A stretch of 64,000 nt of DNA from an uncultured Boseongicola sp. (GTDB taxonomy: Bacteria > Actinomycetota > Acidimicrobiia > Spongiisociales > ZC4RG35): NCBI GenBank assembly GCA_964194555.1, contig CAXMMT010000010.1, forward strand, positions 1,917 through 65,916, written 5' to 3'. Made by a program: the position numbers and the translations under genes. The notes below the pieces were generated by a model. The model did not search any database. It worked only from the letters and a program-made list of their open reading frames with translations, and had not been told where the DNA came from. This document shows, one piece after another, positions 39,041 through 48,849 of the stretch. Positions within the stretch are counted from its first letter, which is position 1. The number at the start of each line of letters is the position of its first letter.

Positions 39041-39152
39041 GCCCAGACCGAATTCCCCGCCGGCATCGAGGGTGACGTCAGACACGGAGTCGTGTCCCTT
39101 CAGGATCGAAGTGAGCAAGGTGTTCTATGACCGTGGCGGGGACGGTCGTTAC
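39041..39152 (-). pseudogene. relic of a second sarcosine oxidase copy: last about 25 codons of soxA fused to an internally deleted soxG
   Basis: 39076-39150 is near-identical to 41046-41130 (soxA 3' end and soxG start). 39041-39079 matches 40663-40700 (soxG 3' end). The reverse strand reads TTVPATVIEHLAHFDPEGTRLRV* and, overlapping it, VSDVTLDAGGEFGLG. Confidence 0.7.
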
Positions 39153-39340
39153 GCGACTTCCAGCACAAACATGCTTGTCTGGATCACTCACAACGCGTCC
39201 CGCTACGCCTTCATCGGGGGCCGACGGTCATGTCGTTCTTTTCGAGTTCTCTCAAGCCGACTATCTGAGTGACCCTTCCCACACTCATCAACGAAGTGGG
39301 ACCGGACGTGAGGTCTTGTCGAGTTACCCGCTCGGGCTGA

Positions 39341-40507
39341 TCAGGGGGAGGCGAGAGCCTGGCTGGCGGCCGCCTCTATCTCATTACTGGAATAACTCGC
39401 GGAATCCGGTGCGATAATCCTTCCGGCGGCGATGTCCTCCTCGATCAGTTGACGCAGAAGAGGTAGGCCTACGCCCGCCCTTCGCTTGATCCAGAGGTTC
39501 CAGAGCGCCCTCAATATCAGAAGTTCTGGCTTCGGCCCGCCAAGTTTCCCGTAAATCAGCGTCACTCGGGTGCCGGTATCGGTCGATTCCAGATTCGTCG
39601 TGGCGATGAACGAGCTGCGCTTCGTCAGCGGGTTCTTGAATACAATCCGAGTGAACGGGTGCCACTCAAGGATTATGTTGTGGCTGGGTGCCCCATTTCC
39701 GTGAAAACACTCGTATGTGGTTCCTTCGCCGATTCGCCCTGCTCGGCGATCGTGTGCGATCTGTTTGGTCGCACCGCTGAACACTGCACGGGTTTCCGGG
39801 TTGGTCAGGTATCCCCACATGATCTCGGCAGAAACGGGATACTCCTCCTCCCAACTGGCGAAGACTGTGTCTCCAAGATCGAGGCGTGAAGCATCTCGGC
39901 CAGTCTCCCAGATCGGTTTCATGTCCATGACCAGACCGGATACGACACCGGCATTGTCGAACTCCTCCGAATACTTCGTCAGTTCCTCACCGAACCCTTC
40001 CAGGCCCAATTTGTCTACGGCCGCATCGGTGTATAGGGTGTAGGCCCGGTAGCCGGTCTCCTCCGCGATGTGATTCTTCATCACCCGGTGGATCAGGTTG
40101 ACGTCCGAGCCGACCATCTCTTCACGTCCCCGGAGGTTGGAGAGGACGAACTCACCGTGATGAACGAAGAACTTCAAATCGAGGTTGCTGATGTTGGCGC
40201 AGGCATTGCACTGACAAGATGTGTTCATCACCATCAGATCGATGGCACGTTTGAACGAGACATAGGTGTGCTCGATCATCTCGACGAAGGCCTGGCCCTG
40301 GAACCTTTCCGAATCGATGGTGTAGCTCAACACCGCGTCGCCCTCGAGCCCTGAAAGCACGAGAGGTGCCTTGGCGTTGTCGATCAGCAAATCGAGCAAT
40401 GTCTTGAGAACATCCTGAGCGTGCTCCAACTCCGAATCATTCAGATACGCCGTGTACCCGGTGATGTCAGCGACTACGAGAAAGCCGGTGCGAGTTGATG
40501 ACGGCAT
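39341..40507 (-). CDS. DUF2652 (cyclase-fold-like) protein with C-terminal SRPBCC/START-like domain
   Basis: 388 aa. N-terminal GFLVVADITGYTAYL and GLEGDAVLSY resemble DUF2652. The C-terminal about 150 aa resemble the polyketide-cyclase/SRPBCC fold. Confidence 0.65.
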   Translation of the reverse strand: MPSSTRTGFLVVADITGYTAYLNDSELEHAQDVLKTLLDLLIDNAKAPLVLSGLEGDAVLSYTIDSERFQGQAFVEMIEHTYVSFKRAIDLMVMNTSCQCNACANISNLDLKFFVHHGEFVLSNLRGREEMVGSDVNLIHRVMKNHIAEETGYRAYTLYTDAAVDKLGLEGFGEELTKYSEEFDNAGVVSGLVMDMKPIWETGRDASRLDLGDTVFASWEEEYPVSAEIMWGYLTNPETRAVFSGATKQIAHDRRAGRIGEGTTYECFHGNGAPSHNIILEWHPFTRIVFKNPLTKRSSFIATTNLESTDTGTRVTLIYGKLGGPKPELLILRALWNLWIKRRAGVGLPLLRQLIEEDIAAGRIIAPDSASYSSNEIEAAASQALASP

Positions 40508-40579
40508 CGTTCGAGCTTATCGGAGACCGCAACTATGCCGAAGGTGCAGATCTCGAGATTCAGAACTCGATGGCCTAAA

Positions 40580-40662
40580 GGCTGCGCCTTCGTTGTGCGT
40601 CCTTGCCAGATGACGCCGATGACTCGGTGACACCGCGGCATCAATTGGGCGACAGACCACTA
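40580..40662. repeat. second copy of the right-hand part of the 35188-35350 element
   Basis: 83 nt versus 35270-35350: 4 mismatches plus one 2-nt indel. It ends in ...gacagaccacta, whose complement supplies the TAG stop of soxG. Confidence 0.6.
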
Positions 40663-41064
40663 GCCCAGACCGAATTCTCCGCCGGCATCGCGGATGACGT
40701 CGTGCATATGCCGACCAAACGAGCGTGACGGGAGGATCAAATAGGACCGCACACCGTCATGGTCGTCTCTGACCAACTCGGTGGCGACGTTGCCGACAAG
40801 GGTGCGGGCCGCCGCCTTGTCGGGGAACACGTCATCGCCGAGGTCCAAAGCGCAGATCTTGGCCAGAAGTCTCGGAGCATCTACACCGGTCAGCCGGAAC
40901 ATAGCCCTGACCGAGGTCAGGTCAACCACATCGCCGTCCGGGCGATCACCGAGGACGGTCCATTCGCCGGGGCTGATCGACCATGCCAGGTCCCCGGTGG
41001 CGTGATCACCGAAGAGACGCCACTTGGGCGTCTTGCCGAGATCGGTGAGGGTGAGGTCAGACAC
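40660..41064 (-). CDS. soxG: sarcosine oxidase gamma subunit family protein (short form)
   Basis: GTG 41064 overlaps the soxA stop (GTGTCTGA) and has gaaggga upstream. It follows soxA in the canonical soxBDAG order. The C-terminal VDLTSVRAMFRLTGVDAPRLLAKICALDL pattern fits SoxG. The start is uncertain, since the ORF is open up to 41184. Confidence 0.6.
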   Translation of the reverse strand: MSDLTLTDLGKTPKWRLFGDHATGDLAWSISPGEWTVLGDRPDGDVVDLTSVRAMFRLTGVDAPRLLAKICALDLGDDVFPDKAAARTLVGNVATELVRDDHDGVRSYLILPSRSFGRHMHDVIRDAGGEFGLG

Positions 41065-43873
41065 GGAGTCGTGTCCCTTCAGGATCGAAGTGAGCAAGGT
41101 GTTCCATGACCGTGGCGGGGACGGTCGTTCCATTGGGGAGTCGAATGTCGAGCTTCTCACCCGCAGCAGCCCTGTTGTGGGCAACCTGGGCTAGACATAC
41201 CGAGCGATCGAGCGTGGGGGACATTCGGCTCGACGTGATCCTCCCAACGATTCCGGCCTCACGGTCGATGATCTGGCTTGCTTCGGGCGGAACGATCGAA
41301 GGGTCGTCGGTCTGGACCGCGACAAGACGGGGGTAGTCGCCCCTCTGCTTCTGCCAGGCCAGTTCCGGTTTGCCTGAGAAGTCGGGCTTGTCCATCTTGA
41401 TCGCCCAGTCGATGCCGAAGCCGAAACCCTGGGTGAGACCGTCGGTGTCCTGACCGACGATGAAATGACCTTTCTCCAGCCGCATGATCCTCTGCGCCTC
41501 CACCCCAAACGGTCTTACTTCGAGATCTTGACCCTCCTCGAGCAGGGACTCCCAGACCTCAAGTCCGTGATTGGCCGGCACATGGATCTCGTAGGAGAGC
41601 TCGCCGGTGAATCCGATTCTCCACAAGAAGCAGTCTGCGATCCTGGCCACCGTGCCGGTTCTCACTTCCATATAGCCGAATTGGTGGGGGTCTAGGTCGA
41701 TGTCGGTGAGACGGCTGACCAGCTCACGTGAGTTGGGTCCGGCGACATTGATGCTGGCGTAGCCGTCGGAAACCGCGGTCATCTTGACGTCCCATTCCGG
41801 GAAGCTGGTCTGAAGCCAGTCGTCGAGCCAGTTCCAGACAACTCCGGCGCCTCCCGAAGTGGTCGACATCATGTATCGGTCGGGGCTGAGACGTCCGGTG
41901 ACACCGTCATCCATGATGACCCCGTCTTCGGCGCACATCATCCCGTAACGCACCTTGCCGATCTCCAGCTTCGACCACTTGTTGACGTAGACGAATTCGA
42001 GCAGCCTGGGCACATCCGCCCCGCGAAGGTCGATTTTTCCCAGCGGGCTGACGTCGATGATCCCGACGCTGCTTCGCACTGCGCCGACCTCCGCTTGGGG
42101 ATCGCCGTAGTGATCTGGGCGGATCCACTGTCCTGCGATCAGCGGTCTGGCGTTGTGAGACTCGTGCCAGGGGTGAATGGGGGAGTAGCGGACCGGATCG
42201 TGATACTGCCCGGCAAGCGTTCCCAGTCGAATCGGGGCATACGGAGGTCGCCAGGTCGTGGTTGAAGTCTCCAGAAGACTGGTTCCCACGGCCTCGCCAT
42301 GAACAGCGAGGGCGTTGACCGCTTCCACTTTGCCCTGGACAGGCCCCATACCGGCAGTGGTGTATCGCTTGGCCAATTCCATCGAGTCGTAGCCTTCGGC
42401 CGCGGCGGAGAAAAGATCCTCTGAAGTCACGTCCTCGGAGAAGTCGACGAACCCGTGAGTGGTCGATCGGTACAGCTCGGGGTGGTCTTCGACGTCGAGA
42501 CCCTTGATATCTCTGGGTGTGGCCTCAGGAGCTCCTCCTCGCCAGGTCGCCTTGACCGCCTCGGCGCGGACCGCTGCCTCATGTCCCACCGCCGTGCCGT
42601 GCTCGACCAGCTGATCTGTGGTGCCGTCGCCGACCATTCCGCCGGCCGCCAGAACGTTGGTAGGCAACGAGGAGGGGAGAAACCGAGCGGCCCCGGAGTG
42701 ATATACGGGGCGGTCTCCGGCCATGTTGAGCAGTGCTGTTGGGGTTGTCCATCCGATGGCGGTCACCAGAAGGTCGGCGTCGATTCGCCTTCCGTTCGAG
42801 TCGACGACAGTCTTCACGCCCTTTCTGCCCGTTGCCTCAACCACCGTTTCGCCAGTGCGGGCATCGAGGACGGCAGCGATCTCTACCCCGGCCCGCTCCA
42901 GGTCTGTGATCGCCGCATCACCGGATTGGTTGGCGGTGAGCACAACGGCCCTATCACCGGGTTTGACCGCATAGAGATTGATCAGTCTCCGCACCGCCGT
43001 GGAGAGCATTACACCGGGGAGATCGTTTCCCCTGAAGACATAGGGACGCTCCAGGGTTCCGGCGGCGACGACAAGAGTCTTGACCCGGGCCAGCACCAGC
43101 CGCTCTTCGACATGGGCCATGTCACGCTGCACCACCGACACCCAGTTGTGGTCGTAGCGACCGGCTACTACCGCATCGGTCATGACTTCGATGAGAGGCT
43201 GGCCCTCGATCGCGGCCCTCAGGTCGGCCAGGGCTCCAAGATCGCTGTCATCGCCGAAACGGATATGGCCGCCAAGGGCAGGCTCCTCCTCGACGAGGAT
43301 CACAGATGCTCCCGCTTCGGCAGCTGCCAGAGAAGCAGCCATTCCCGTCGGGCCGCTACCGGCCACCAGAACGTCGGGATGTGCGAAGCGGTGGTCGTAT
43401 TCGCCACCCTGGTGTTCGGGGTTTACCACCCCACCGGCGACGAACCGGCCGAGGACACGCTGGTACCAGGGCCACAAGCGACGAGGCGCCATGAACGTCT
43501 TGTAATAGAAGCCCGGCGGGAGCAAGCGCGACACCAACTGGTTGGCCGCCTTGACATCGAAGGAGAGAGCCGGCCACACGTTCTGGGCTGAGACCTCCAT
43601 CCCCTCGCTCACGTTCAGGTGAGCGGCGCGGACGTTTGGCTCATCACCGACCTGGACCATGGCGTTTGGATCGTGATAGGTGGCGGTGAGAAGCCCGCGA
43701 CGCCGATGGAGTTTGAAACTCCGCGACAGGACACGTACTCCATTGGCAGCCAACGCCGAGGCGATGGTGTCACCTTCCAGTCCCTCGAGTCGTCTGCCGT
43801 TCCAGGTGAAGGAGACGGTTTCCGAGCGGTCGATGAGCTCGCCCGGTTGAGGGTCGAGTCGATGGTCACGCAT
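41057..43873 (-). CDS. soxA: sarcosine oxidase alpha subunit
   Basis: 938 aa. N-terminal 2Fe-2S-like fold, NAD/FAD Rossmann motif VLVAGSGPTGMAAS, and a C-terminal aminomethyltransferase (GcvT-like) folate-binding domain. Confidence 0.9.
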   Translation of the reverse strand: MRDHRLDPQPGELIDRSETVSFTWNGRRLEGLEGDTIASALAANGVRVLSRSFKLHRRRGLLTATYHDPNAMVQVGDEPNVRAAHLNVSEGMEVSAQNVWPALSFDVKAANQLVSRLLPPGFYYKTFMAPRRLWPWYQRVLGRFVAGGVVNPEHQGGEYDHRFAHPDVLVAGSGPTGMAASLAAAEAGASVILVEEEPALGGHIRFGDDSDLGALADLRAAIEGQPLIEVMTDAVVAGRYDHNWVSVVQRDMAHVEERLVLARVKTLVVAAGTLERPYVFRGNDLPGVMLSTAVRRLINLYAVKPGDRAVVLTANQSGDAAITDLERAGVEIAAVLDARTGETVVEATGRKGVKTVVDSNGRRIDADLLVTAIGWTTPTALLNMAGDRPVYHSGAARFLPSSLPTNVLAAGGMVGDGTTDQLVEHGTAVGHEAAVRAEAVKATWRGGAPEATPRDIKGLDVEDHPELYRSTTHGFVDFSEDVTSEDLFSAAAEGYDSMELAKRYTTAGMGPVQGKVEAVNALAVHGEAVGTSLLETSTTTWRPPYAPIRLGTLAGQYHDPVRYSPIHPWHESHNARPLIAGQWIRPDHYGDPQAEVGAVRSSVGIIDVSPLGKIDLRGADVPRLLEFVYVNKWSKLEIGKVRYGMMCAEDGVIMDDGVTGRLSPDRYMMSTTSGGAGVVWNWLDDWLQTSFPEWDVKMTAVSDGYASINVAGPNSRELVSRLTDIDLDPHQFGYMEVRTGTVARIADCFLWRIGFTGELSYEIHVPANHGLEVWESLLEEGQDLEVRPFGVEAQRIMRLEKGHFIVGQDTDGLTQGFGFGIDWAIKMDKPDFSGKPELAWQKQRGDYPRLVAVQTDDPSIVPPEASQIIDREAGIVGRITSSRMSPTLDRSVCLAQVAHNRAAAGEKLDIRLPNGTTVPATVMEHLAHFDPEGTRLRV

Positions 43874-44129
43874 CGTTGTTTCCCCCGACGTCGGTGACCA
43901 TCCTGATCTCGTTGGTGACGTTGTGGCGCTCTATGTTCAAGAATCGCCGACAGCCGGAGACGTGAAACCAGCGTTCACTCTGCCACCCCGAGGTGTTGGT
44001 CCTCATGTAGAGGTATCTGCGCCAGGTGGCCGGGTCGGTGTCCACCGACGGACGCGGAATCACCTCGCCCCCGAAGCTGAACTCGTTGTCGTTGCGTGGC
44101 CCGCAGTTGGGGCAGATGATCACCAGCAC
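43866..44129 (-). CDS. soxD: sarcosine oxidase delta subunit
   Basis: 87 aa. ICPNCGPRNDNEFSFGGE and WFHVSGCRRF (zinc-ribbon SoxD signature). Confidence 0.85.
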   Translation of the reverse strand: MLVIICPNCGPRNDNEFSFGGEVIPRPSVDTDPATWRRYLYMRTNTSGWQSERWFHVSGCRRFLNIERHNVTNEIRMVTDVGGNNDA

Positions 44130-44131
44130 TG

Positions 44132-45388
44132 TCAGTGCCCCACCGCGGCTGCACCCTTCTCAGCCGTCAGGGTTCCCTTCTCGAATCGGTCCAGGCCGAA
44201 CGGGCTTATCAGATCCCCTGGCTTTCCATTGGCGATCATCGCCGCCACCGATTCTCCGGCCACCGGCCCCGCCTTGAACCCGTAGGTGCCCCATCCAACA
44301 TCCACGTAGAAGCCCTCTATCTCTGTCGGTCCGATGATCGGCCCATAGTCGGGGGTCATGTCACACAACCCGGCCCACTGTCTCAGGAGACGCATGTTTG
44401 CAACGGCCGGCATCAGTTCGAGGATGTGACCGGCGAGGCCTGTGGTGAACTCGAGCGAGCCTCTCGTCGCATAGGAGGTGAACGGGTCGACGCTCGCCCC
44501 AAACACGAATTCCCCGCGAGCCGTCTGGCTGACGTAGGTGTGGAGGCTTCCCGAGACGATCACCGGATGGAGGAACTGCCTGACCGGTTCGGTGACAGCA
44601 GCCTGAAGCGGACGGGTCGTGATGGGCAGGGTGACCCCTGCCATTGCAGAAACCAGTGAGGACCAGCCGGCCGTGCAGTTGATCACCGTCGAGGTGGAAA
44701 CGGACCCGCGGCTGGTCCGGACTCCGACGATCCGGCCCGACCCGACATCGATCCCGGTCAACTCGGTCTCCTGATGGATGTGCACGCCCAAGGAGGCCGC
44801 GGCTCGTGCGTAGCCCCAGACCACCGCGTCGTGACGGACGATGCCCCCGGGTGGATGCCAGAGAGCGCCGACTATCGGGTAACGGGGGTGGTCGGAGGTG
44901 TCGATGAAAGGGGCAAGCCTCTTCACCTCGTCGGGGCTGATGACGGCAGAGTCAATGCCTTCGAGTTTGTTGACTTCTGCACGCCATCTCATGGTCCGGA
45001 GTGACGAATCGTTGTGAGCCAGGGTCATATGACCGCGCTGGGAGAACATCACATTGAAGTTCAAGTCGGAGGCGAGGCGCTCGTATAGCTCGACCGACCG
45101 GTCATAGAAGCGAGACCCCTCCACAGTGAGATAGTTTGAGCGCACGATCGCGGTATTACGTCCCGACCCTCCGCTTCCTATGTAGCTCTTCTCCACGACA
45201 GCCACATTGGTGATGCCATGGTTCCGGGCCAAGTAGTAGGCGGTGGCGAGACCGTGGACACCACCACCCACGATGACCACGTCGTATGCCGAAGCCAGGT
45301 CATGGTGTTCCCAGACTTTTGGCCATGGGGATCGGCTCAGGCCGTGGGTGATCAGTTTCCAGGCCGAGAAGCGTGTTCGCCGACTCAT
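44132..45388 (-). CDS. soxB: sarcosine oxidase beta subunit
   Basis: 418 aa. YDVVIVGGGVHGLATAYYLA FAD motif and the DAO-family fold. First gene of soxBDAG. Confidence 0.9.
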   Translation of the reverse strand: MSRRTRFSAWKLITHGLSRSPWPKVWEHHDLASAYDVVIVGGGVHGLATAYYLARNHGITNVAVVEKSYIGSGGSGRNTAIVRSNYLTVEGSRFYDRSVELYERLASDLNFNVMFSQRGHMTLAHNDSSLRTMRWRAEVNKLEGIDSAVISPDEVKRLAPFIDTSDHPRYPIVGALWHPPGGIVRHDAVVWGYARAAASLGVHIHQETELTGIDVGSGRIVGVRTSRGSVSTSTVINCTAGWSSLVSAMAGVTLPITTRPLQAAVTEPVRQFLHPVIVSGSLHTYVSQTARGEFVFGASVDPFTSYATRGSLEFTTGLAGHILELMPAVANMRLLRQWAGLCDMTPDYGPIIGPTEIEGFYVDVGWGTYGFKAGPVAGESVAAMIANGKPGDLISPFGLDRFEKGTLTAEKGAAAVGH

Positions 45389-45478
45389 TCTTGGTGCCCC
45401 CAGTGTGACTGCGAAACCCTAGACAGCCCTGCTCGTATCGCGACGCGGCATGACGAATAGACCGATAACCTGGCATCC

Positions 45479-46792
45479 ATGAGCGATAGGCGAAAATACG
45501 ACGCAATCATCATCGGCGCCGGGATCATTGGTGCCAACCTCGGCTTTGAGATGTCAAAGGCCGGATATGAGACTCTCAACATCGACAAACTTCCCGCCTC
45601 CGGATATGGCTCCACAGCAAACTCGTGCGCCATCATCCGCACCCACTACTCGACCTGGGCTGGTGTGGTCATGGCCTATGAGGGCTTCCACTATTGGAAG
45701 GATTGGGAGAACTATCTCGAGGTCGAGGACGAGAGAGGAGCGGCCGGATTCGTCCAGTGCGGCGCGGTGTTCGTCGGGAGTCACGGTGGCCACATGGAGA
45801 AAGTGCTCCCCCTGTTTGACGAGATCGGAATCCCCTATGAAGTCTGGGACACCGAGCAGTTGGCCGAGGGTCTCCCCGGTATCGACACCGGCGAGCATGC
45901 ACCACCGAAGCGACCCGACGACGATGCCTTCTGGGAAGAGCCGGCGAGCCAGATCAGCAGCGCAGTTCACACTCCTATTGCCGGCTATGTGACCGACCCT
46001 CAGCTTGCCACCCACAACCTTCAGCGGGCAGCCGAAGCCAAGGGAGGGAAGTTCATGTTCAATACCGAGGTGGCCGGAATACGGACCGACGCCGGCCGTG
46101 TTGCCGGAGTGGACCTTGCCGATGGCACCTCCATCGATGCTCCGATCGTGATAAACGTGGCCGGGCCACATTCCTTCGTCATCAATGAGATGGCCGGAGT
46201 CGCCCATTCGATGGCCATCAAGACCAGGGCATTGCGTCATGAGGTACACCATGTTCCCTCGCCCCGAGGTCTCGACTTCGAGAAGGACGGGATGCTCGTC
46301 GGCGACGACGACCTCGGGACCTACTTCCGGCCCGAGGTCGGTAACAACATCCTGGTCGGCAGTCAAGATCCCGAGTGCGACCCCCAGATCTGGGTGCAGA
46401 ATCCAGACGAGTTCGATAGAAGCATCACCGAAGACCAGTGGCGCGCCCAGGTCCTCCGTCTCGCCCGACGTCTCCCCTCACTGGGTGTTCCAAGCGAAAG
46501 GAAGGGCGTCGTCGATCTCTACGACGTGAGCGACGATTGGATTCCGATCTACGACAAGACGGATCTTGACGGGTTCTATGTCGCCATCGGCACCAGTGGA
46601 AACCAGTTCAAGAACTCACACATTGCGGCCTACTGCATGACCCGGCTCATCGCTGCGGTCGAATCCGGTCACGACCACGACTCCGACCCTGTGAAGGTGC
46701 AGATGCCTCACACCGGATTCGATCTGGATATGGGAGTCTTCAGCAGGAACCGGGAGATCAACGAGGCGTCGTCCTTCAGCGTCCTCGGCTGA
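45479..46792 (+). CDS. FAD-dependent oxidoreductase (DAO family)
   Basis: 437 aa. YDAIIIGAGIIGANLGFEMSKAG dinucleotide-binding motif. Divergent from soxB. Substrate unknown. Confidence 0.7.
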   Translation: MSDRRKYDAIIIGAGIIGANLGFEMSKAGYETLNIDKLPASGYGSTANSCAIIRTHYSTWAGVVMAYEGFHYWKDWENYLEVEDERGAAGFVQCGAVFVGSHGGHMEKVLPLFDEIGIPYEVWDTEQLAEGLPGIDTGEHAPPKRPDDDAFWEEPASQISSAVHTPIAGYVTDPQLATHNLQRAAEAKGGKFMFNTEVAGIRTDAGRVAGVDLADGTSIDAPIVINVAGPHSFVINEMAGVAHSMAIKTRALRHEVHHVPSPRGLDFEKDGMLVGDDDLGTYFRPEVGNNILVGSQDPECDPQIWVQNPDEFDRSITEDQWRAQVLRLARRLPSLGVPSERKGVVDLYDVSDDWIPIYDKTDLDGFYVAIGTSGNQFKNSHIAAYCMTRLIAAVESGHDHDSDPVKVQMPHTGFDLDMGVFSRNREINEASSFSVLG

Positions 46793-46806
46793 GCCGCTGA
46801 CCATTC

Positions 46807-48108
46807 TCAGCCCAGCGGGTCCTCATCGCTGGTCTGGGAGAAGACCCGCTTGGCCTTACCCACTTCGGAGCGTGGGACGCTGCCTGGAGGTCCGACATCG
46901 ACCTTGACTCGCAACCGGATGGTCTCCATCAGCTGATTCTGGAGACGCTGGGCGATCTCGTCGGAACTGTCGCTGAACGACTCGTCTATCACCTCCACCC
47001 GCGCCTCCAGCTCGGGGAGGGTGCCCCTGCGATCGACGATGATGGCGTAGTTGGCGCCCAGAGCCGGGTCGGCCATGAGGATCGTCTCGATCGTTCTCGG
47101 ATAGACGTTGATGCCCCTGATCACCAACATGTCATCTGCCCGACCCTGGAGACGCTCGATTCTTCTGCTGGTTCGACCGCACGGACACTCGTCTTCGAGG
47201 AATCTGGTGATATCCCGTGTCCGATAACGAAGAACCGGCTGGGCATGCTTGGTGAGGGTGGTGATCACCAGCTCGCCCAGCTCGCCGTCGGGAGTCGGCT
47301 CCCCAGTGTCTGGATCGACGATCTCGGGGTAGAAGTGATCCTCGAAGACATGCATCCCACCTTTGTTCTCACGACACTCGATTGCCACGCCGGGACCGAT
47401 CACCTCTGACAGCCCGTAGATGTCACGGGCGTCATACTCGGAGTTCCAGGATGCTTCGAGCTTGTCCCTCAGACCCTCCGACCAGGGCTCAGCCCCGTGG
47501 ATGCCCCATCGAAGGGGGATGCTCGACTTGAGCCCCATCTCCTCGGCGCGCTCGGCGAGGATCAGTGCAAATGATGGAGTGGCGGCCAACCCGGTGGCGC
47601 CGGTGTCGGCCATCAGCGAGACCTGAAAACCCGGGTTGCCACCGGAGGCGGGCACCGCGGTCGCTCCCAGTTCCTCGACCCCGTAATGGAGGCCGAGGCC
47701 ACCGGTGAACAGGCCGTATCCGTAGGCCACGTGAACCACGTCATCGGGTGTTGCCCCCACGGCCGAGAGCGACCTTGCATTCACCTGAGCGAACACCGCG
47801 ATGTCATCTTTGGTGTAGGCGACGATCGTAGGTTTGCCTGATGTGCCGGATGAGGCGTGAAGACGGACGATCTCGCCCATGGGAACTGTGAGCATCCCGT
47901 ATGGGTAGGTGTCGCGAAACTCCTGTTTCTCGGTGAATGGGAGGGAGTCGATGTCCTCGAGGGAGCCGACTTCGCCGACGCCTGACATCTTTCTCGACCA
48001 GTATCCCGAATCGATCGCCTTCAAACGGGCGACCAGGTCCGACAGTCGCTCCAACTGGAGATGTCGCAGCGGCTCGCGGTCGAGAGTCTCCAACTCGTGC
48101 AGGTACAT
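46807..48108 (-). CDS. paaK: phenylacetate--CoA ligase family protein
   Basis: 433 aa. FTEKQEFRDTYPYGML and HASSGTSGKPT are typical of the PaaK family. Confidence 0.8.
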   Translation of the reverse strand: MYLHELETLDREPLRHLQLERLSDLVARLKAIDSGYWSRKMSGVGEVGSLEDIDSLPFTEKQEFRDTYPYGMLTVPMGEIVRLHASSGTSGKPTIVAYTKDDIAVFAQVNARSLSAVGATPDDVVHVAYGYGLFTGGLGLHYGVEELGATAVPASGGNPGFQVSLMADTGATGLAATPSFALILAERAEEMGLKSSIPLRWGIHGAEPWSEGLRDKLEASWNSEYDARDIYGLSEVIGPGVAIECRENKGGMHVFEDHFYPEIVDPDTGEPTPDGELGELVITTLTKHAQPVLRYRTRDITRFLEDECPCGRTSRRIERLQGRADDMLVIRGINVYPRTIETILMADPALGANYAIIVDRRGTLPELEARVEVIDESFSDSSDEIAQRLQNQLMETIRLRVKVDVGPPGSVPRSEVGKAKRVFSQTSDEDPLG

Positions 48109-48170
48109 GTCTCGCGATGTTAGGAGGGTGTCTGCTGCGCGATAGGGGTGACGTGTATAGCGTTCGCCAG

Positions 48171-48800
48171 ATGACCACCATCCAAAGACTCACCGACTCT
48201 TGCCTGCTCGTCACCACCGACTCCGACGCCACCTTGTTCGACCCCGGGTTTCACTCCTTCACGAGTGGAGAACTGGATCTCAGCTCGATCGAGGACGTGA
48301 CCAGGGTGTTCATCACCCACGAGCATGGCGATCATGTCAGCCCGGACTTCGTGCGCTGGCTGGTGGATCGTCGCTCGGACCTGACCATCCATTCCAATGA
48401 TCCGGTGGTGAGCCTTCTTCAGGAACATGACATCGAAGCGACCACCTCGGTGCCGACGGGAGTCTCGGTCGAGGACGTGCTCCATGGTCGGATACCGAAC
48501 GGCGCCACACCTCCGAATCGGGCGTTCACGATCGACGGGGTGCTGACCCATCCGGGCGACAGCCGGGAGCCGACCGTGACTGGACCTGTGCTTGCCCTCC
48601 CCTTGCTTGTTCCCTGGGACTCCGCAACCGGGGCCGTGGAGTTCGCGCGACGACTGCGACCGGCTCAGGTCGTGGCCATCCATGACTTCTATCTCACTGA
48701 GAGCGGCCGGAGCTGGATCAGAGACATGGTCGCCCAAGTTCTCTCCGCCGATGGCATAGAGCTTGTTGACGTCGACTGGGGTGCCAGCTTCACGGTTTGA
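48171..48800 (+). CDS. MBL-fold metallo-hydrolase
   Basis: Start ATG 48171. THEHGDH metal-binding motif; 209 aa. Confidence 0.6.
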   Translation: MTTIQRLTDSCLLVTTDSDATLFDPGFHSFTSGELDLSSIEDVTRVFITHEHGDHVSPDFVRWLVDRRSDLTIHSNDPVVSLLQEHDIEATTSVPTGVSVEDVLHGRIPNGATPPNRAFTIDGVLTHPGDSREPTVTGPVLALPLLVPWDSATGAVEFARRLRPAQVVAIHDFYLTESGRSWIRDMVAQVLSADGIELVDVDWGASFTV

Positions 48801-48849
48801 GCGCGATTCATCCTATGTACGGTGTACCCACGAGCGGTCGAGAGATGAG

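Noticed and set aside
41065-41184. Longer soxG reading frame (174 aa) overlapping soxA by 128 nt
   Set aside because: The extension has no SoxG similarity. The GTG at 41064 overlaps the soxA stop in a typical coupled arrangement with an upstream purine-rich site. The start remains uncertain.
42455-43591. 378-aa ORF antisense to soxA. Similar long shadow ORFs occur at 619..1497, 6839..7807, 8446..9246, 15630..16319, 53342..54145 and 58813..59949.
   Set aside because: Each overlaps a confidently identified gene on the other strand and shows no family features. Such ORFs are expected from GC-rich codon bias.
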